A stretch of 64,000 nt of DNA from contig OZ024743.1 of assembly GCA_964016885.1 (NCBI GenBank), positions 323,454,001 through 323,518,000 on the forward strand, written 5' to 3'. This DNA is from Eledone cirrhosa (taxonomy: Eukaryota). Below are positions 33,909 through 47,162 of this stretch, piece by piece. The notes under the pieces were generated by a model. That model worked only from the letters and a program-made list of their open reading frames with translations. It made no database searches and was not told the origin of the DNA. The position numbers were made by a program, and so were the translations under genes. Positions within the stretch are counted from its first letter, which is position 1; the number at the start of each line of letters is the position of its first letter.

Positions 33909-35926
33909 TATAACAAAATACTGGTGTGTATGAATATAATAAGACACTAGGTTGTGTATATAAAGTTTAATTAACAAGTTGAAGTTATGTAGAACAGAAT
34001 TGTTGTCAAGTCAATGAAAGTAGATGAAAGAATGAAGTAAAGTTATTTGTTACCGTTTTGAAGTGAGCTCGCAAGAGACCATGTTAGGGTTGCTAGGCGA
34101 ACGCGCATGGCCGAAAGGGCAAATGAGAGGTAGAGATCGCTCTCAGTATCCCTTTAAAGGGTCTCAAGATGGAAGTGACAAAAAGGGTTCTGCCACCCCA
34201 ACGGGAAGTAACTCCAGCTACTTCCTATCTAGAGAGCGTTAATCTATTGGTGATGTGATCGTCACAACAAGGGAGGCAACTCTTGCTACAATTACCTCCC
34301 GCCAGATTTTTAAAACATAAAAATCGAATGAAACATGTATGGAGTAAAATGGCGAGCATGTAATAGGCATGAAAATTACGAAAAAATAATGTTTGCAATA
34401 AAAGGAAAACAGCAAAATATATGCATGCAAAAATCAATGATAGATATCAAGGTAGCCAACCGCTCTTGGCCAGAGAACTATCTATCCATCACTCAAAGAT
34501 ACAATGTAATCAAAGTAAAAGAAAAGGTCAAAGTTCAAATGTTCAAAATACAGTTCACATGTGTGCAATCACATGACAGCAGGAAAGAAAGTGTGTTCCA
34601 GAGAATGAATGCAGGTGGTTTCTGGTCTGTGGTATAACGTAACATTTCCGAAGGGATTTTCTCACAGGAAGAGTGCTGCAAAAATAAATTCTCTGGCTTG
34701 TTCTGCTGGTTTTGGTTGTTGATGTTGTTGTCTCGCGGAGTGAGCGTATTCGATGTTTAAATTCACAGTAAAAATTTTCTAAGAAAAAATGAGTTGCGCA
34801 AAGTGATAGAAATAACAGCCAAAGTTGATGGTCGATGTTGAGAATGCGTTGACCTGGAAGGGTCAAGAGGCCAGCGACCAAAGAAATAAGCATTCTGAAT
34901 AAATGCGCAGTTTTCAACGGCAAATTTACGTGGTAAATTTTTAAACCGGCAAATAGGAGAATATAGCTTAAGGCTTGAGAATCCTTGGCAAGAAACATTA
35001 TCTATGGCGTGTGTTATCTCAGTGAGTCGGGATGTAAGCTGCCCACACGTGCCGAAACAAGGTTGTTGGCAGCCATTTTGAAAAACTCGTGTGTGAACGT
35101 GATAATATGATGAAACAGAAAGAAAGGCTTCACTTGGTATAACAAATATGGCGAGTTCAACTTTTTCGTGAACGATGAAAAAAAACTTGGCGGAAAGAAT
35201 AAGCAATAGTTGAGATTCAGCGAAAATAAATGTTCGTTGTAAGAAGAAACGAAAAAAATATATACATCCAGTGAAATGCGACACTTAGTTGATGTACGAC
35301 ACGTGGGTGAGAGAAAAAGAGTCTGTCTGAACGAGAATTTCACATGTGCGTGTGTTCGTTTCTGTGTCTGCGTATTTTCCTAGTTTGTTAATAAAGTTTA
35401 CTGCGTATTCGAAATGTTGGTCGACACATTCCAACGAAAATGGGGTACTGCTAATTAATTTTCTTTTTTCCATACTCACACAACACCAGATTCTGCCATT
35501 TTTTTTCTTTTCTATTCGGGGTCACCACTTATAACAAAATACTGGTGCGTATGAATATAACAAGACAATAGGTTGTGTATATAAAGTTTAATTAACAAGT
35601 TGAAGTTATGTAGAACAGAATTGTTGTCAAGTCAATGAAAGTAGATGAAAGATTGAAGTAAAGTTATTTATTACCGTTTTGAAGTGAGCTCGCAAGAGAC
35701 CATGTTAGGGTTGCCAGGCGACCGCGCATGGCCGAAGGCCAGCACCCGAAAGGGCAAATGAGAGGTAGAGATCGCTCTGAGTATCCCTTTTATAGGGTCT
35801 CAAGACGGAAGTGACAAAAAGGGTTCTGCCACCCCAACGGGAAATAACTCCAGCTACTTCCTGTCTAGAGAGCGTTAATCTATTGGTGATGTGATCGTCA
35901 CAACAAGGGAGGCAACTCTTGCTACA
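33909..35926 (-). mobile_element. Non-autonomous Gypsy-type LTR retrotransposon (2018 bp) in intron 4 of the flavin-reductase gene
   Basis: Direct repeats at 33909-34290 and 35530-35926, reading TGTAGC...GTTATA on the - strand. Primer-binding site TGGTGACCCCGA is complementary to the tRNA-Trp 3' end. Polypurine tract GGCGGGAGGTAA. 4-bp TSD ATTT. No RT or integrase motifs in the 1239-bp interior. Confidence 0.9.
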
Positions 35927-36239
35927 ATTTTGACTGGAAAATTGATGTAACAATATAGTGGACCAAAGCCTTAAGTTGATTTTCACTCATAGTAGTTTGT
36001 GAATAAATCTTTATTAGATCTAGAAAAACAACAATTTCAAAATTAACAAAATTTATTTCTCATTGGAAGTTGGCAAAAGGAAAAAAAAAACATCAATAAT
36101 AAAATACCTCTTCTCTGGTAGTAATCCATGAGTAAGAAATATTTATTATTTGCCAAAAGAAAAAAAAAAAGATAAGATAAAAATTAAGAAGATGCTTTAA
36201 TTTACACCAAATGATACTATATCTTCATTTCTATTTCAG

Positions 36240-36323
36240 TTGAAGTATGCAGATATTTTTTCCAGGCCACCAGAAAAAGATATAGATCAGTTTTCAGAAG
36301 TGGCACACTACCTCACTAAAGAA
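36240..36323 (+). CDS. Flavin-reductase-like fusion protein, exon 5
   Basis: tttcag| LKYADIFSRPPEKDIDQFSEVAHYLTKE |gtaagt. 84 nt, phase 0 to 0. Confidence 0.88.
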
Positions 36324-36679
36324 GTAAGTATGAAGATATATTGTTTTAAAATATTCTGTTACCATTGTCATCTCATTTACGCAAATCACAGAGGTGGATT
36401 ATTCTCATTCTGTTGTCTATGTCTATAAATATGCAATAACCTGCACCGCACGCTGGTTTGTTTCATTGACTTAGAAAGAAAAAGACAGAGGTTGGACTGA
36501 TGTGTTGATGTGTTTTTCCAAACATATAGATGTACTTTTTTACAATTTAGTCAGAGAAGAAAAAGTAATGCATATGGTCCTTTTGCAGGGCCTCTGACAT
36601 TGACCAATAATGTATCGCTTATATAAAATAAATATGACTACCATTACTATTTTGATTGGTGATACATATATATTTCTAG

Positions 36680-36822
36680 GGTGTTCCTGTCTTAAAAGAA
36701 ACATCTGCTATGTTGTGTAAAGTCAATTGTGTCCACAATGTTGGTGACCATTCTGTTTGGTATGGACAGGTTACAGAATTACTTCAAAAAGATGTTAATA
36801 ACCCGATTCTGCACTACAATAG
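36680..36822 (+). CDS. Flavin-reductase-like fusion protein, exon 6
   Basis: ttctag| GVPVLKETSAMLCKVNCVHNVGDHSVWYGQVTELLQKDVNNPILHYN |gtaac. GDH motif. 143 nt, phase 0 to 2. Confidence 0.9.
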
Positions 36823-38211
36823 GTAACATTACATATTTTCTACCTTCTTTATCCTGCCATAGATCAATGTTTCATATTTAAGGCTTGTAACTTCTAGTCT
36901 ATAAGAATTCATTTAGGAATGAGTTCTTAAATTAATTTAAATGTAAATTTGGATCATGACATTTACTGCTGCATATATTTCCTAATCCTAACCACTGAAC
37001 TGCAGACCTGCCAACCTCTAAAAACCCAAACAGGGAGAAATGAAGGAAAATAGGGAGATTTTCATAATGAAAGCTATACCCATTTTCACAAGAGAAGACA
37101 TCTCTCACCCACTCAAAGTGGATGGGAGATATCTCCATTGGACTGGAAAAGTTGACAGGTCTGGAACTGTGATATTTTCTCAGCTGAGATATTGGTAAAT
37201 AAAAACAATAGTATTTTTAGATTTTTGGCAAAACCCAATACATGAAATATGTCTTAACCCTTTTAATACCAACTTGTTTGAGATGGCTTCTAGTTTATCA
37301 TATAATGTCTTGTTTTGAAGTGTTCATATGTAAATTAAAATCTCCCATAATTTTATGCAAGAATCTTTTATGTTCCAAAACACCATCTTAATAATTCTCT
37401 CTAATCTTGGCAGAAGGCCTGTAATTTGTGGGGAGGGGAAGTTGCTTATATTGTCCCCAGTATTTGACTGGTACTTTATTTCATCAACCTCAAAATGATG
37501 AAAGGCAACTCTATAATGAATGTTTCCAATGAGAGTATAATTTATATTTGAAACAAAAGTACTTCTGTAAAATTTCAGAAAGTAAATAAATTTATTAACT
37601 ACTAAACAACCCCCTTTGGTTATGAAAGGTCATGGGTTTTGCATCTAGAAAGCTCTCCGCCGAGGCACAATCCTGGGCAAGTGTGTTTATGGAAGATCAG
37701 CAGTTACCCATACATATTAGTCTCCCCTATCCATACCATTAATGTTGTCCAAGAGACAAATCAAAGATCAATGTAGCTTGGCACCAGTGACGTGGCAACA
37801 TATATATACACACTATATATGATATTGTCCAAGAGAAAGACAAAGACCAGTACAGCTTGGCACCAGTGACATCACAACTCATTTTTACAGCTCAGTGAAC
37901 TGGAGCAATGTGAAATAAATCTTACTCAAGGACACAATGCACCATCCATTCCAGAAATTGAACTCACAGCTTCATGATTGTGAACCCAATGCTCTAACCG
38001 CTAATCCACATGTCTTCACATTAACCACTATATATTTCTTATATTCAGTAACCTATTAATTAAATAACTCAATAATGAACAATATAATAAAATCTTCATA
38101 ATTTTAACATAACAGATTCTTTATCAATTTCCATTGCTTGTAAAATATAAAATAATGTAATCTATTGTGAATGTATAAAGAAACCCTCATTAAAAGAATA
38201 CATTTTCATAG

Positions 38212-38337
38212 GTCATATCACAAAGTTGGTTCAGTGATTAAACCAACAATTCAACCAGAGCAACTTTCTAATTGCCTTCAATTAATATGGTCCGATGCTA
38301 AAGAATATGGTACACAAAATTTAGCTGATCGTACAAG
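38212..38337 (+). CDS. Flavin-reductase-like fusion protein, exon 7
   Basis: tcatag| RSYHKVGSVIKPTIQPEQLSNCLQLIWSDAKEYGTQNLADRT |gtatg. 126 nt, phase 2 to 2. Confidence 0.85.
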
Positions 38338-38419
38338 GTATGTTTATGATTAATCTATTTTTGTTTTTTTATATATCAATACCAAAATTAGAAAGTAAAT
38401 TCTGAACAATATCTGAGTA

Positions 38420-38830
38420 TTTCTTCTTCTTTACCCACTTATTCCCGAGAGGGTTGTAGGGGCAGAGTCCTCAAACACTCCTTCCAGCGAGTCCTGTCAG
38501 AAGCAACCACCTCTAATTGATCCGGCTGGATCCCCAAATGAGACCAGTTGAGCTCATGGATGTTATCCAACCATTTTGCTTGAGGTCTATCCCTGAGTCT
38601 CTTGCTAGTTGGTTTTGCATGTAAAATCTCTTCAGTGAATCTTTCCTGTGACATTCTAACCATATTATTAGGGCTGTGATCTCTCAATTCGGAGAAGTAG
38701 TGACCCTACCTGAAGTAACTCACTGATCTCCGAGCTACACACTCTATCAAGTAACGTTATTCCAAAGACTCTTCAGAAGAACCCCATTTCAGCTGTTTGT
38801 ATTCGCAATCTTATTTTTTCAGTCATTACC
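38420..38830 (-). mobile_element. RTE (Expander/Rex3-like) LINE 3' fragment
   Basis: HAKPTSKRLRDRPQAKWLDNIHEL..DRTRWKECLRTLPLQP with a (gaa)n tail. Related pieces at 40270-40545(+) and 48300-48560(-). Confidence 0.7.
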
Positions 38831-40573
38831 CAAAAGGTTGGCACAAATGCCGAATTGAAGATAGAGATCCTGAGATCCTGAAGAGGGTTCAGAAGGGAAC
38901 TGATCATGGCAATATCTGTGTACTTCTAGGTATAAATACTAAATGTTCACCCAATAAAGGCACCTCAACATGCTTGTTCAGTCTGCTAGAAATAACAAAC
39001 AAATCTCCTTCAAATCAGACCCTACTTTCTTTAAAAAAAAAGCACACAAAGGACAATGTAGGCCTAGGTACATTTTACCTAAAAACTAATAAAAGACGGA
39101 ATGGCCATCGTTGGAATGCCCTTCATGATAGCTCTCCTCAACCAAGGGTGATCTAAGGCAACAAGAATTATGTTCCAAGAAAATTTTGCTCATTCTAAAT
39201 AGTTTAGCATGTGTAGGAATAGAATTAATTTTAAATATATACTGAACTATTACAGAATTAAATAAATGAATACCAAACTACAAATATATGATTGTATGTT
39301 TAAGAAGTTTGCTTTGCAGCCACATGGTTTCAGGATTATTCCCACTGTGCTGCATTTTGGACAAGTATTTTCTACTATAACATCAGGCTAACCAATGCCT
39401 TTACAAATGAATTTGGTAGAGAGAAGTTGTACAAAGCTCAATGGAATGCTTTGTAGTATTTCTTCCACCATTGTCCTTCTTGGATAGTAGAATTAATCCA
39501 TTGCCCTGTTTAACTCCACCATCTGGTCCTTACATGCCTTTACTATTGTCCCTTCTGTTACAAGCATTCAGACCAAGTCTCTTGTTTGTGGATATTTTAG
39601 TCCTGCACTCGTCAGTTTTGTGTTCCCTAAAAAGAGTCATGGGCTGAAATGGACCACCTTTAGTTTCGACAATGAATGTTTCTGTTGAAATTAACTTGTG
39701 ACAGCATTCCAGATATGTGCACCCTTAACATAATCCTCAGGGAGATTCAGTACGATAAATCTGGGCCTTTGAATTACAAGTACAGTCTACAGATATGTGC
39801 ACATAATTGTTGGATCTTCAGTGTGACAAATCTGTCCATTTAAATTACAGGTACAGACCATCCACTGGGCTTCCAAACAGTTTCTATCTACCCAATTTCA
39901 CAGTTATGAATCAACTTGAGGTTGTAGTGACACTTGCTCAAGATACCATGTAGAAGGATTGAACCTAGGACCTAATGATTGTGAAACAAACTTTTTAACC
40001 ATTCTGTATCCCTTCTGACTAAACAGTGAAAAAATGTTTATCGGAAGTAATTTCTACTGAAGGCACAAGGCCAGTAATTTTGGGGGAAGGGGAAAGTCAA
40101 TTAAATCAACCTCAGTTCGTTACTGGTACTTTATTTTATTGACCCCATAAGGATGAAAGGCAAAGGTAACCTCGATGGGATTTGAACTCAGATCGTAAAG
40201 CGGTGTAACCCTATGCCATAAAGCATGTTGTCCGACGCTCTACTGATACTGCCAATCCAAAGCCCTTATTGGAAATAATATATGCTGGACTGCACTCTGT
40301 TACTAAAGACATGTGGTTGAAATGTTTCAGAAAAGAATTGCTGAACAGATTTTATGGGCAAAACCCAGTGGCAGGAGAGCCAGTGGAAGACCCCAAGCAA
40401 AATGGTTAGATTACATCCAGTTGGTCTTGTTTGGAGATTCAGCCAGATCATTTGGAGGTGGTCTGCTTCTGACAGGATCCTCTCTGGAAGGTGTTTCTGA
40501 GGACTCTGCCCCGACGACCACCCTAAGAATAACTGGAAGAAGATAATGTATTTTGTTTTACTTTTATTTTCAG

Positions 40574-40610
40574 AGAAAACTTGAGAAAGAATATTCTGAT
40601 AAATGATTCT
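40574..40610 (+). CDS. Flavin-reductase-like fusion protein, exon 8
   Basis: tttcag| RENLRKNILINDS |gtaagt. 37 nt, phase 2 to 0, exactly bridging exons 7 and 9. Confidence 0.8.
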
Positions 40611-41192
40611 GTAAGTATCTAGAATTTTAAAACTTAAAAAAAAAAAGAACTATTTCAGGAAAAAAGTCAATGTGTGTGTGTGTGTAACATTGAACAAAAT
40701 ACCTAATGGTGTTTGATTAAATTCCTTTATGTTTTGAGTTCAAATCCTGCCCAAGCATACTTCACCTTTCATCCTTCTTAGGTTGATAAAATAAGTACTG
40801 GGGTCGATTTAATTGAATATATACCTGAGAAGGCAGTGTTCCAGCATGGCTACACTCCACTGACTGAAGCCAGTAAATAATTAAAAGAAAAATGGTGTAA
40901 TATCATAAATAATTAACCTTTGAAAGGATAGAAAATACATTTTTTTCTTATACAACACAAGAATTTTAGTCATCATCTACAGATTATATTTAAAGCTGAG
41001 AATGCCCTTATCTACAGAAATATAAAAAAATATTGTTCAACTCTAAACTTGGACTATACTTGGGCTGAAACAACTTGATATCAATCATATTTGTATAAAC
41101 CTTCCCTAATATTTCCAATAATATAGATCTTGAGACTAAACAAGCTTTAGAAAAAGTGAATGTATGTTAATATCTGTTAAATTATTTTATAG

Positions 41193-41377
41193 AATTGGCA
41201 TGAAACTGTGATCAGATTTTATATAGACATGGTACAGATTGCTTTGAAAGCTGAAACTAGCCCTGTTAATAATTTTGAAGAATTTCTTCTGAAAAATGAA
41301 GAATTTGCAAAACCAGAAGAACTACTATTAAACTACTACAGTAAAGATGTTATACTGTCTGAAGAATCTAAAACAAG
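41193..41377 (+). CDS. Flavin-reductase-like fusion protein, exon 9
   Basis: ttatag| NWHETVIRFYIDMVQIALKAETSPVNNFEEFLLKNEEFAKPEELLLNYYSKDVILSEESKT |gtaaa. 185 nt, phase 0 to 2. Confidence 0.87.
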
Positions 41378-41664
41378 GTAAAATACTGATACTTTTTTTA
41401 TTATTAGCATTTAAACCCTCTCTATGCGGCCAGAATTCTCACACCTCTTTCTGTTCAAACTGGCTGCTCATACTTATGTTAAGGTATTGTTCTCAAAATA
41501 AATAATATCAAAATCATAGATTCGATATTATGTTAGATAAAGTGTTTACCATGAAAATATAGATGCTAAAGGGTTAATGATTAGAATTAAAAGAATCTAG
41601 TTTTGCCTTTCTACAACTGTTCTGTCATTAAGATTTTCTAATGTGTTTTTTTGTCTATTTTCAG

Positions 41665-41704
41665 CTACATCTTACCAAACAAAAAGTCTCTTCCAACATC
41701 ATAG
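41665..41704 (+). CDS. Flavin-reductase-like fusion protein, exon 10 (stop)
   Basis: tttcag| SYILPNKKSLPTS*. Total CDS is 1044 nt, or 347 aa plus stop. Confidence 0.8.
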
Positions 41705-42816
41705 TTCTTAAATTCCAATACCGGCTATTTATTTTTAAAGGATAAACCTTTTACCATATAAAGGCATTTACACAAAAATTGTCTATGCCTTTTGTCTTAA
41801 AGGCTTGTTCACTTTCATTTTGAAAAATATGGCAGGAATGACATTTTAGTTCAATCAAATTTATATAAACTGTCACTCAGCTGAAAATTATACTCAATCA
41901 AATAGAATAATTGACTATACCATTTGATTGTTTAAACTAATCTTTTATGGTTAAGAAATTCGCTTTTCAATCATGAGCTCCCATTGCATGACATCTTGGG
42001 CAAAATGTCTTTTACCATAGTCTCAGGCTGACCCAAGATTTGTCAGTGAAATTGGGGAGATGGAAACCTTTTACATAAATTGTATTTGTAATTCAAAGGG
42101 CCAGCTTGTCATGCTGATTAATTCTGTTAAGAGTACACATCTGTGGAATACTCAGCCATTTAAACTAAAGTTCAATGAGTAATTCACTTGAAACTGGTAG
42201 AAATTCATTTACCTCTCCATTGTCTTCTCCAATGCAGTGGGTTACTGTTGTTGGATATAACTGGTCAGTTTGTGCAAAGCATGTTATTTCTATTTTGCTA
42301 TCCCACAGAGGCCATTAATGAGAACCTCCTGAGATGCAACATATCTACTCCATATGCACAACTGGAATTACTTTTTAGTTCATGTATAACAGACTGGACA
42401 GTGGGCTGGTCTATAGTACATTACTATGTAATGAGGCCTGTGGAACCAACCACATGAATTTTAGTAAAGAGGTTCTAAAAATTCTGACATTTCCATCTTT
42501 TTTATAGGTATTTCTACATATACTTATGGCCTGTGGTAAGGGTCATAGGTTTGGTTGTGCTCTTGAGCAAAACACTTCATTTCACATTGCTCCAGGATAC
42601 TCATCCGAAAAAGGGTATCAGCACTAGCTGTGGGTTTAACCCTATGATAAACTGGCAGCCTGTCCTGTCACTTCACGCCACAAAACTGTGATAAACCTCC
42701 TGGCTTGAGACAGATTTTAGATATGTAAATATACCGGTTGAACAATGAAAACAAAAAGACAAGGTTCAGTGCTTAACTAATCCATTGTTTTACGATTATT
42801 TCAAAGGGTGAAATGA

Positions 42817-43106
42817 ATCATCATCATCATTTAACGTCCATCTTCCACGCTAGCATGGGTTTGGACGGGAATTTTCACACTTGAGGCAAGATTGGTTATC
42901 TTGCTCGTATAGGACTGTCTGGCGGGTTTTCTATGGCTGGATGCCCTTCCTAACACCAACCACGTTTACAGTGTGGACTGGGAGGTTTTTACCGTGTTAC
43001 CTACACGGCCACATTACAGCATGGACTGTGTTTTTTTTGTCGTGACACCTACACGACCTCATTTATTTCGGACTGGATGTTGTGGTACCAACATAACATT
43101 ACATTG
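42817..43106 (-). mobile_element. RTE family 2, 3' UTR-only insertion
   Basis: Matches the reverse complement of about 15810-16100. (gat)n tail. Confidence 0.8.
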
Positions 43107-44264
43107 GTACCACATATTGATATATTGACTAATCCATAGCAGTTAAATAACTCCATCAGAAACCATAGATTAAGCACTAAATCATGACTTTTTGCTTTCG
43201 TTGTTCAACCTATACACCTGTAAAACACCATTCTTTCAATGAGATATTCATATACACTACATTGAGTTCTAACAGCATTAGGTAGAATATTAATATTAAT
43301 GAGTAGGAATGTCAGTATTATAATAATATACTTTACTATTAATATCTATTTTATGTAAAAGAATGCCATGTATGCTTTCCATTAATTCATTTAATTTAAA
43401 AATTACCAGTCTTCTCAAAAGATATTTTTTACTAAATAATATATTTAAAAAATGTAATTTATTACAATAAATTTAAAAATATAATATTCTTGTTTTTATT
43501 CAGAGAAATCTGAAATCGTTTTGAAAACTTTGCATTAAAGATGTTTTATTTTTCATTTCAATTTCTGTATCTTGTGTTCATATAATAGAATTGCTTATCT
43601 TCCAATACTAAGATATTAAATAAAAGATCTTAGAGAAATGGGTTCTTGCTTTTAATCAGTTTCCTGTTTCGCAATGCATCACAAATGATAGTTGTATTTA
43701 GAATCTATAGAGATTAAGGAATAAAATTTGGTTTGCTAGCTGCCCTCTAAATAGTCAGCAGCAGAGATCTTCAAATGAAAGTCATCCCTAACTCAGCAAA
43801 GAAGCACTTAGGCAACTAAATTTTAATCTAGTGGAAAATAAGGACTATGTTAGCAAAAAACAACCCCCACAATGCCTTTCAATAAATAAGCCATACTTAG
43901 CTACTCTCAATTCTTTATTCTCTGGCTGGAGAATGCAAACAACCCGCTTTCATCAGCCCCATAAATACAAACAAGTCTTGGTTATTCTACGCTTTTTCCA
44001 AAGTGGAATGGGTTGTCACAGTTGAAGATGAAATAAGATTTCTACAGCCAACTACTTTTACTGAGGTGCATCAACACCAGAGAAGTACAGGTCACACATG
44101 CAGGTTTAGCTGACCTCAATCCTACTATGAAACAAAAGTGAAAGGTTTTGCTTAACACGTCACCCAATGCAAGAATTGAATCCACAACTCACTTTGAACT
44201 CGGTCTGAACATCCATTAGCATTTACATTAATTTTCAAATGTCATGCTTATCTATTCACATTAT

Positions 44265-44625
44265 GCGGTGGATTGACAGTATCGGACGCCATGCTTTGAT
44301 GCATAGTTACGGCTCTTGTCATTCTGAGTTCAAATTCCGCCGAGGTTAACTTTGCCTTTCATCCTTACGGGGTCGATAAAATAAAGTACCAGTAATGCAC
44401 TGGGTACTTATGGCCTTGTGCCAAAAGTAGAAACAATTATTTTGAGTGGCAGTAGAGGGTCAGACGCCATGCTTTGCAGCAAAGAGTTACGGCCCTTTAT
44501 GGTCTGAGTTAAAATCCCGCAGAGGTTAACTTTGCCTTTCATCCTTACGGGGTCGATAAAATAAAGTACCAGTAATACACTGGAATAATTGCTGGTCTGG
44601 CCTTGTGCCAAAAGTAGAAACAATC
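44265..44625 (+). mobile_element. Two tandem SINE family A copies
   Basis: Repeated gaggttaactttgcctttcatccttacggggtcgataaaataaagtaccag..ccaaaagtagaaacaat. Confidence 0.85.
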
Positions 44626-45129
44626 ATACTCAAGAGGGTTATTTATCAATTTTATTTGTTTGTAATTTTCTATGTGCAGACTTGAAATTTTGTCAGATGT
44701 TAAAATATCAATAATTTACAATTGTATATTTTAACTGATTTTTTTTTTTTTTTTGTTTTCTTAAATTTGACGTTTATGGGCAGGTGAAATTAATTAACAA
44801 GTGTAAAATAATGACTTTACGGATAAACGCAAATTTAAACTTTATCTGACTTACCTGTTAGAATTCTTACAAAAAATATCCAACAATGACCTAGATGTTG
44901 AACTCCAACAATTTTAGCACTTTTCCAAACAGGTGAATTAATTTAAAATGCAGGTATAATTAGTATACGGTTTTAGTGTCTCTACATTTCATGAACAAAA
45001 TGTATAAAACCCTTTCACCAGTCAAAATAATATTGGTAATGTACTCAGTCAATTTAAAAAAGAATGTGCTCAATATATGTTTAACAGGTGTGATGCTGGT
45101 GATTTTGTATCTGTGTTCCAATATATTTT

Positions 45130-46704
45130 AAAATATTGTCAGACAATATTTCTATCATGATATTGGCCAAAACAGCCTTTACATAATGGCACTGCAAAAG
45201 TAACACGTAAACGGTTTCAATTGGATAACCTTTAGCAGTTTTTCTCTTTTGCAAAAACATTCGTCCACTTTATGAAAATCAATATTTTCTTTGTTCACCT
45301 CAGATAATTTTGACTTTTGTTTTGTTTGCGAGAAGTATATCCTCCATATATCTGAGATGCGACGTCCACACAAAATTTCGTGGCAGTAGTCCTTTGGTGG
45401 TGGAGGATCCTTGTGGCTTTTAGTGAATACAATAAAAGAATTCACTAAAAACCACGATATATCTCCATTTCTTTCCAGGGTGTCCAACTGGGTAATACGC
45501 ACAATATTGGTCGGATTTGTCAACCCCGCCCATATATTTGTTATAGGAGAGGTTGACTAAAGGTTTACCTTCAGCCCCAACTCCTGGTTGTTGGTTAGAA
45601 GATAGGAACAAAATTTGCCGTTTGTCTTTGTACAATGGCCCCTCTTTTCAAATTTTGTGACTTCTATTTCTTGGGGTAGCCTTTTGTGATTCCCCATTGT
45701 ACCACAGGTATACACATTTACGAGGGGAAGATACCCTGCTAGAAGCACTGAAGAAAAATAAAAACTGTCAAAATGTGTTGAGAGTGGAAGGGTTTAGTCA
45801 GAGACAACACATCGTACCCCAATCCATTTCTTTCTCTCCCTGTGTAAACAAAGTTTGCACAGTAGCCTGTGTCCGATTCACAGAGTTCCCACATTTGGTG
45901 GGTTTAGCTGGCATATATTGTCTGAAATGTACTCTACCCTTATACCCAATCATAGCTTCATCAACACTAAGATTTTTCCCAGATATATATATAGTTTAAA
46001 ATTTTTCAGATAGCATTTTAATTAATGGTTGAACTTTATACAGAGGGTCATAATTCAATTCATGAAGTATCAACCAGGTGCAAATACTGGTTTAATTTTA
46101 AATAGTTTGTTTTTGCCATAATATTTGATATATAAGGGTCACTAAACCTTATATCAGTGCTCCAATTATTCCACAGCCTTGGAAATTGTTTTATACCAAA
46201 CATAATATTAATGGTAAAAAAACGCTTGCATCTCCATAAGATCGGGTTTTCTTCGATTTGAAATCTGTCGGGCATATCAATTAATCTCTTTTGCCACAAC
46301 TTCGAAGAAAGTTTGTGGCAAAAAGAAATAATCCAGTGCTTTAGCATCAGGAGGTAGTGTGTGTTGTGGACCAGTATTTTCAATAAAATCAGGAACATGT
46401 AAAAGTGGTATTTTTTTTTACCACATTGCTGTAATATCTTCAATGGCGTCCTGGAGATCTGTTTACACTTTCAAAACAACAATCACCATCGGATGAAATT
46501 TCAGGATAAATCACTATTATCTTGTTCATTTTGAATGTCGTGTAAAACCTTCAAAGTCGTTATCGCTACTTTCATAAGCCATGTGATACCTTGTTTCACT
46601 GTTAAGTGTTAATTTTTGCGGTAAGAACCTAATCTCGCAGTAATCTTTATTTTTAGAACGATATTTTATTGTGGGCGTTATTGGCCATTTTGAACACTGA
46701 AGGG
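45130..46704 (-). mobile_element. Decayed piggyBac transposon (transposase pseudogene)
   Basis: Fragments LKLNQYLHLVD, SVDEAMIGYKGRVHFRQYMPAKPTK, YTCGTM, YNKYMGGVDKSDQYCAYY, plus a Cys-rich C-terminus. One terminus TTAA|CCCTT at 46708-46700; the other was not found. Confidence 0.88.
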
Positions 46705-47060
46705 TTAAATTGGCCACTCATACAAATGTTAAGGCATTGTTCTCAAAATAAATATCAAAACCTTAGATTCGATATTAGGCTTTACCATAAAAATATAGTA
46801 TTTATAATGTAAAAGTTAAATAGTTAATCAAAGAAATCTATGCTTTGATTTACATGTAATTAACTTCAATATTTTGATACTTTTCTTTCTGCTACACTGG
46901 ATTAAGCACCACACCTTTATCAATTGTATTGATACCAGTACTTTATTTTCTAATAACCCCGGAATGTTGAATGGCATAAAATTAACTAAACACTGCAAAT
47001 CTTGAGGGGTAAAAATAAATCAATAAAACAAAAAGCCTTGAATCATAACAAAATGGTGAC

Positions 47061-47066
47061 TTTATT
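47061..47066 (-). promoter_or_regulatory. RPS9 polyadenylation signal AATAAA
   Basis: tttatt on + strand, about 30 nt downstream of the stop codon. Confidence 0.7.
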
Positions 47067-47094
47067 TTTCTGTATAATAGTATACCATTTTGGC

Positions 47095-47162
47095 TTAATC
47101 TTCTTCTTCATCAGCTGCGCCACCACCTTGCGCTTTCCTCATGTTTTTCCTCTTAACACGAC
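47095..47162 (-). CDS. RPS9: 40S ribosomal protein S9 (uS4), last coding exon
   Basis: tttacag| GRVKRKNMRKAQGGGAADEEED*. 68 nt. Confidence 0.95.

Noticed and set aside
34555-35479. ORFs of 64-173 aa inside the LTR element as cargo genes
   Set aside because: Overlapping frames with no recognisable domain. At most decayed gag.
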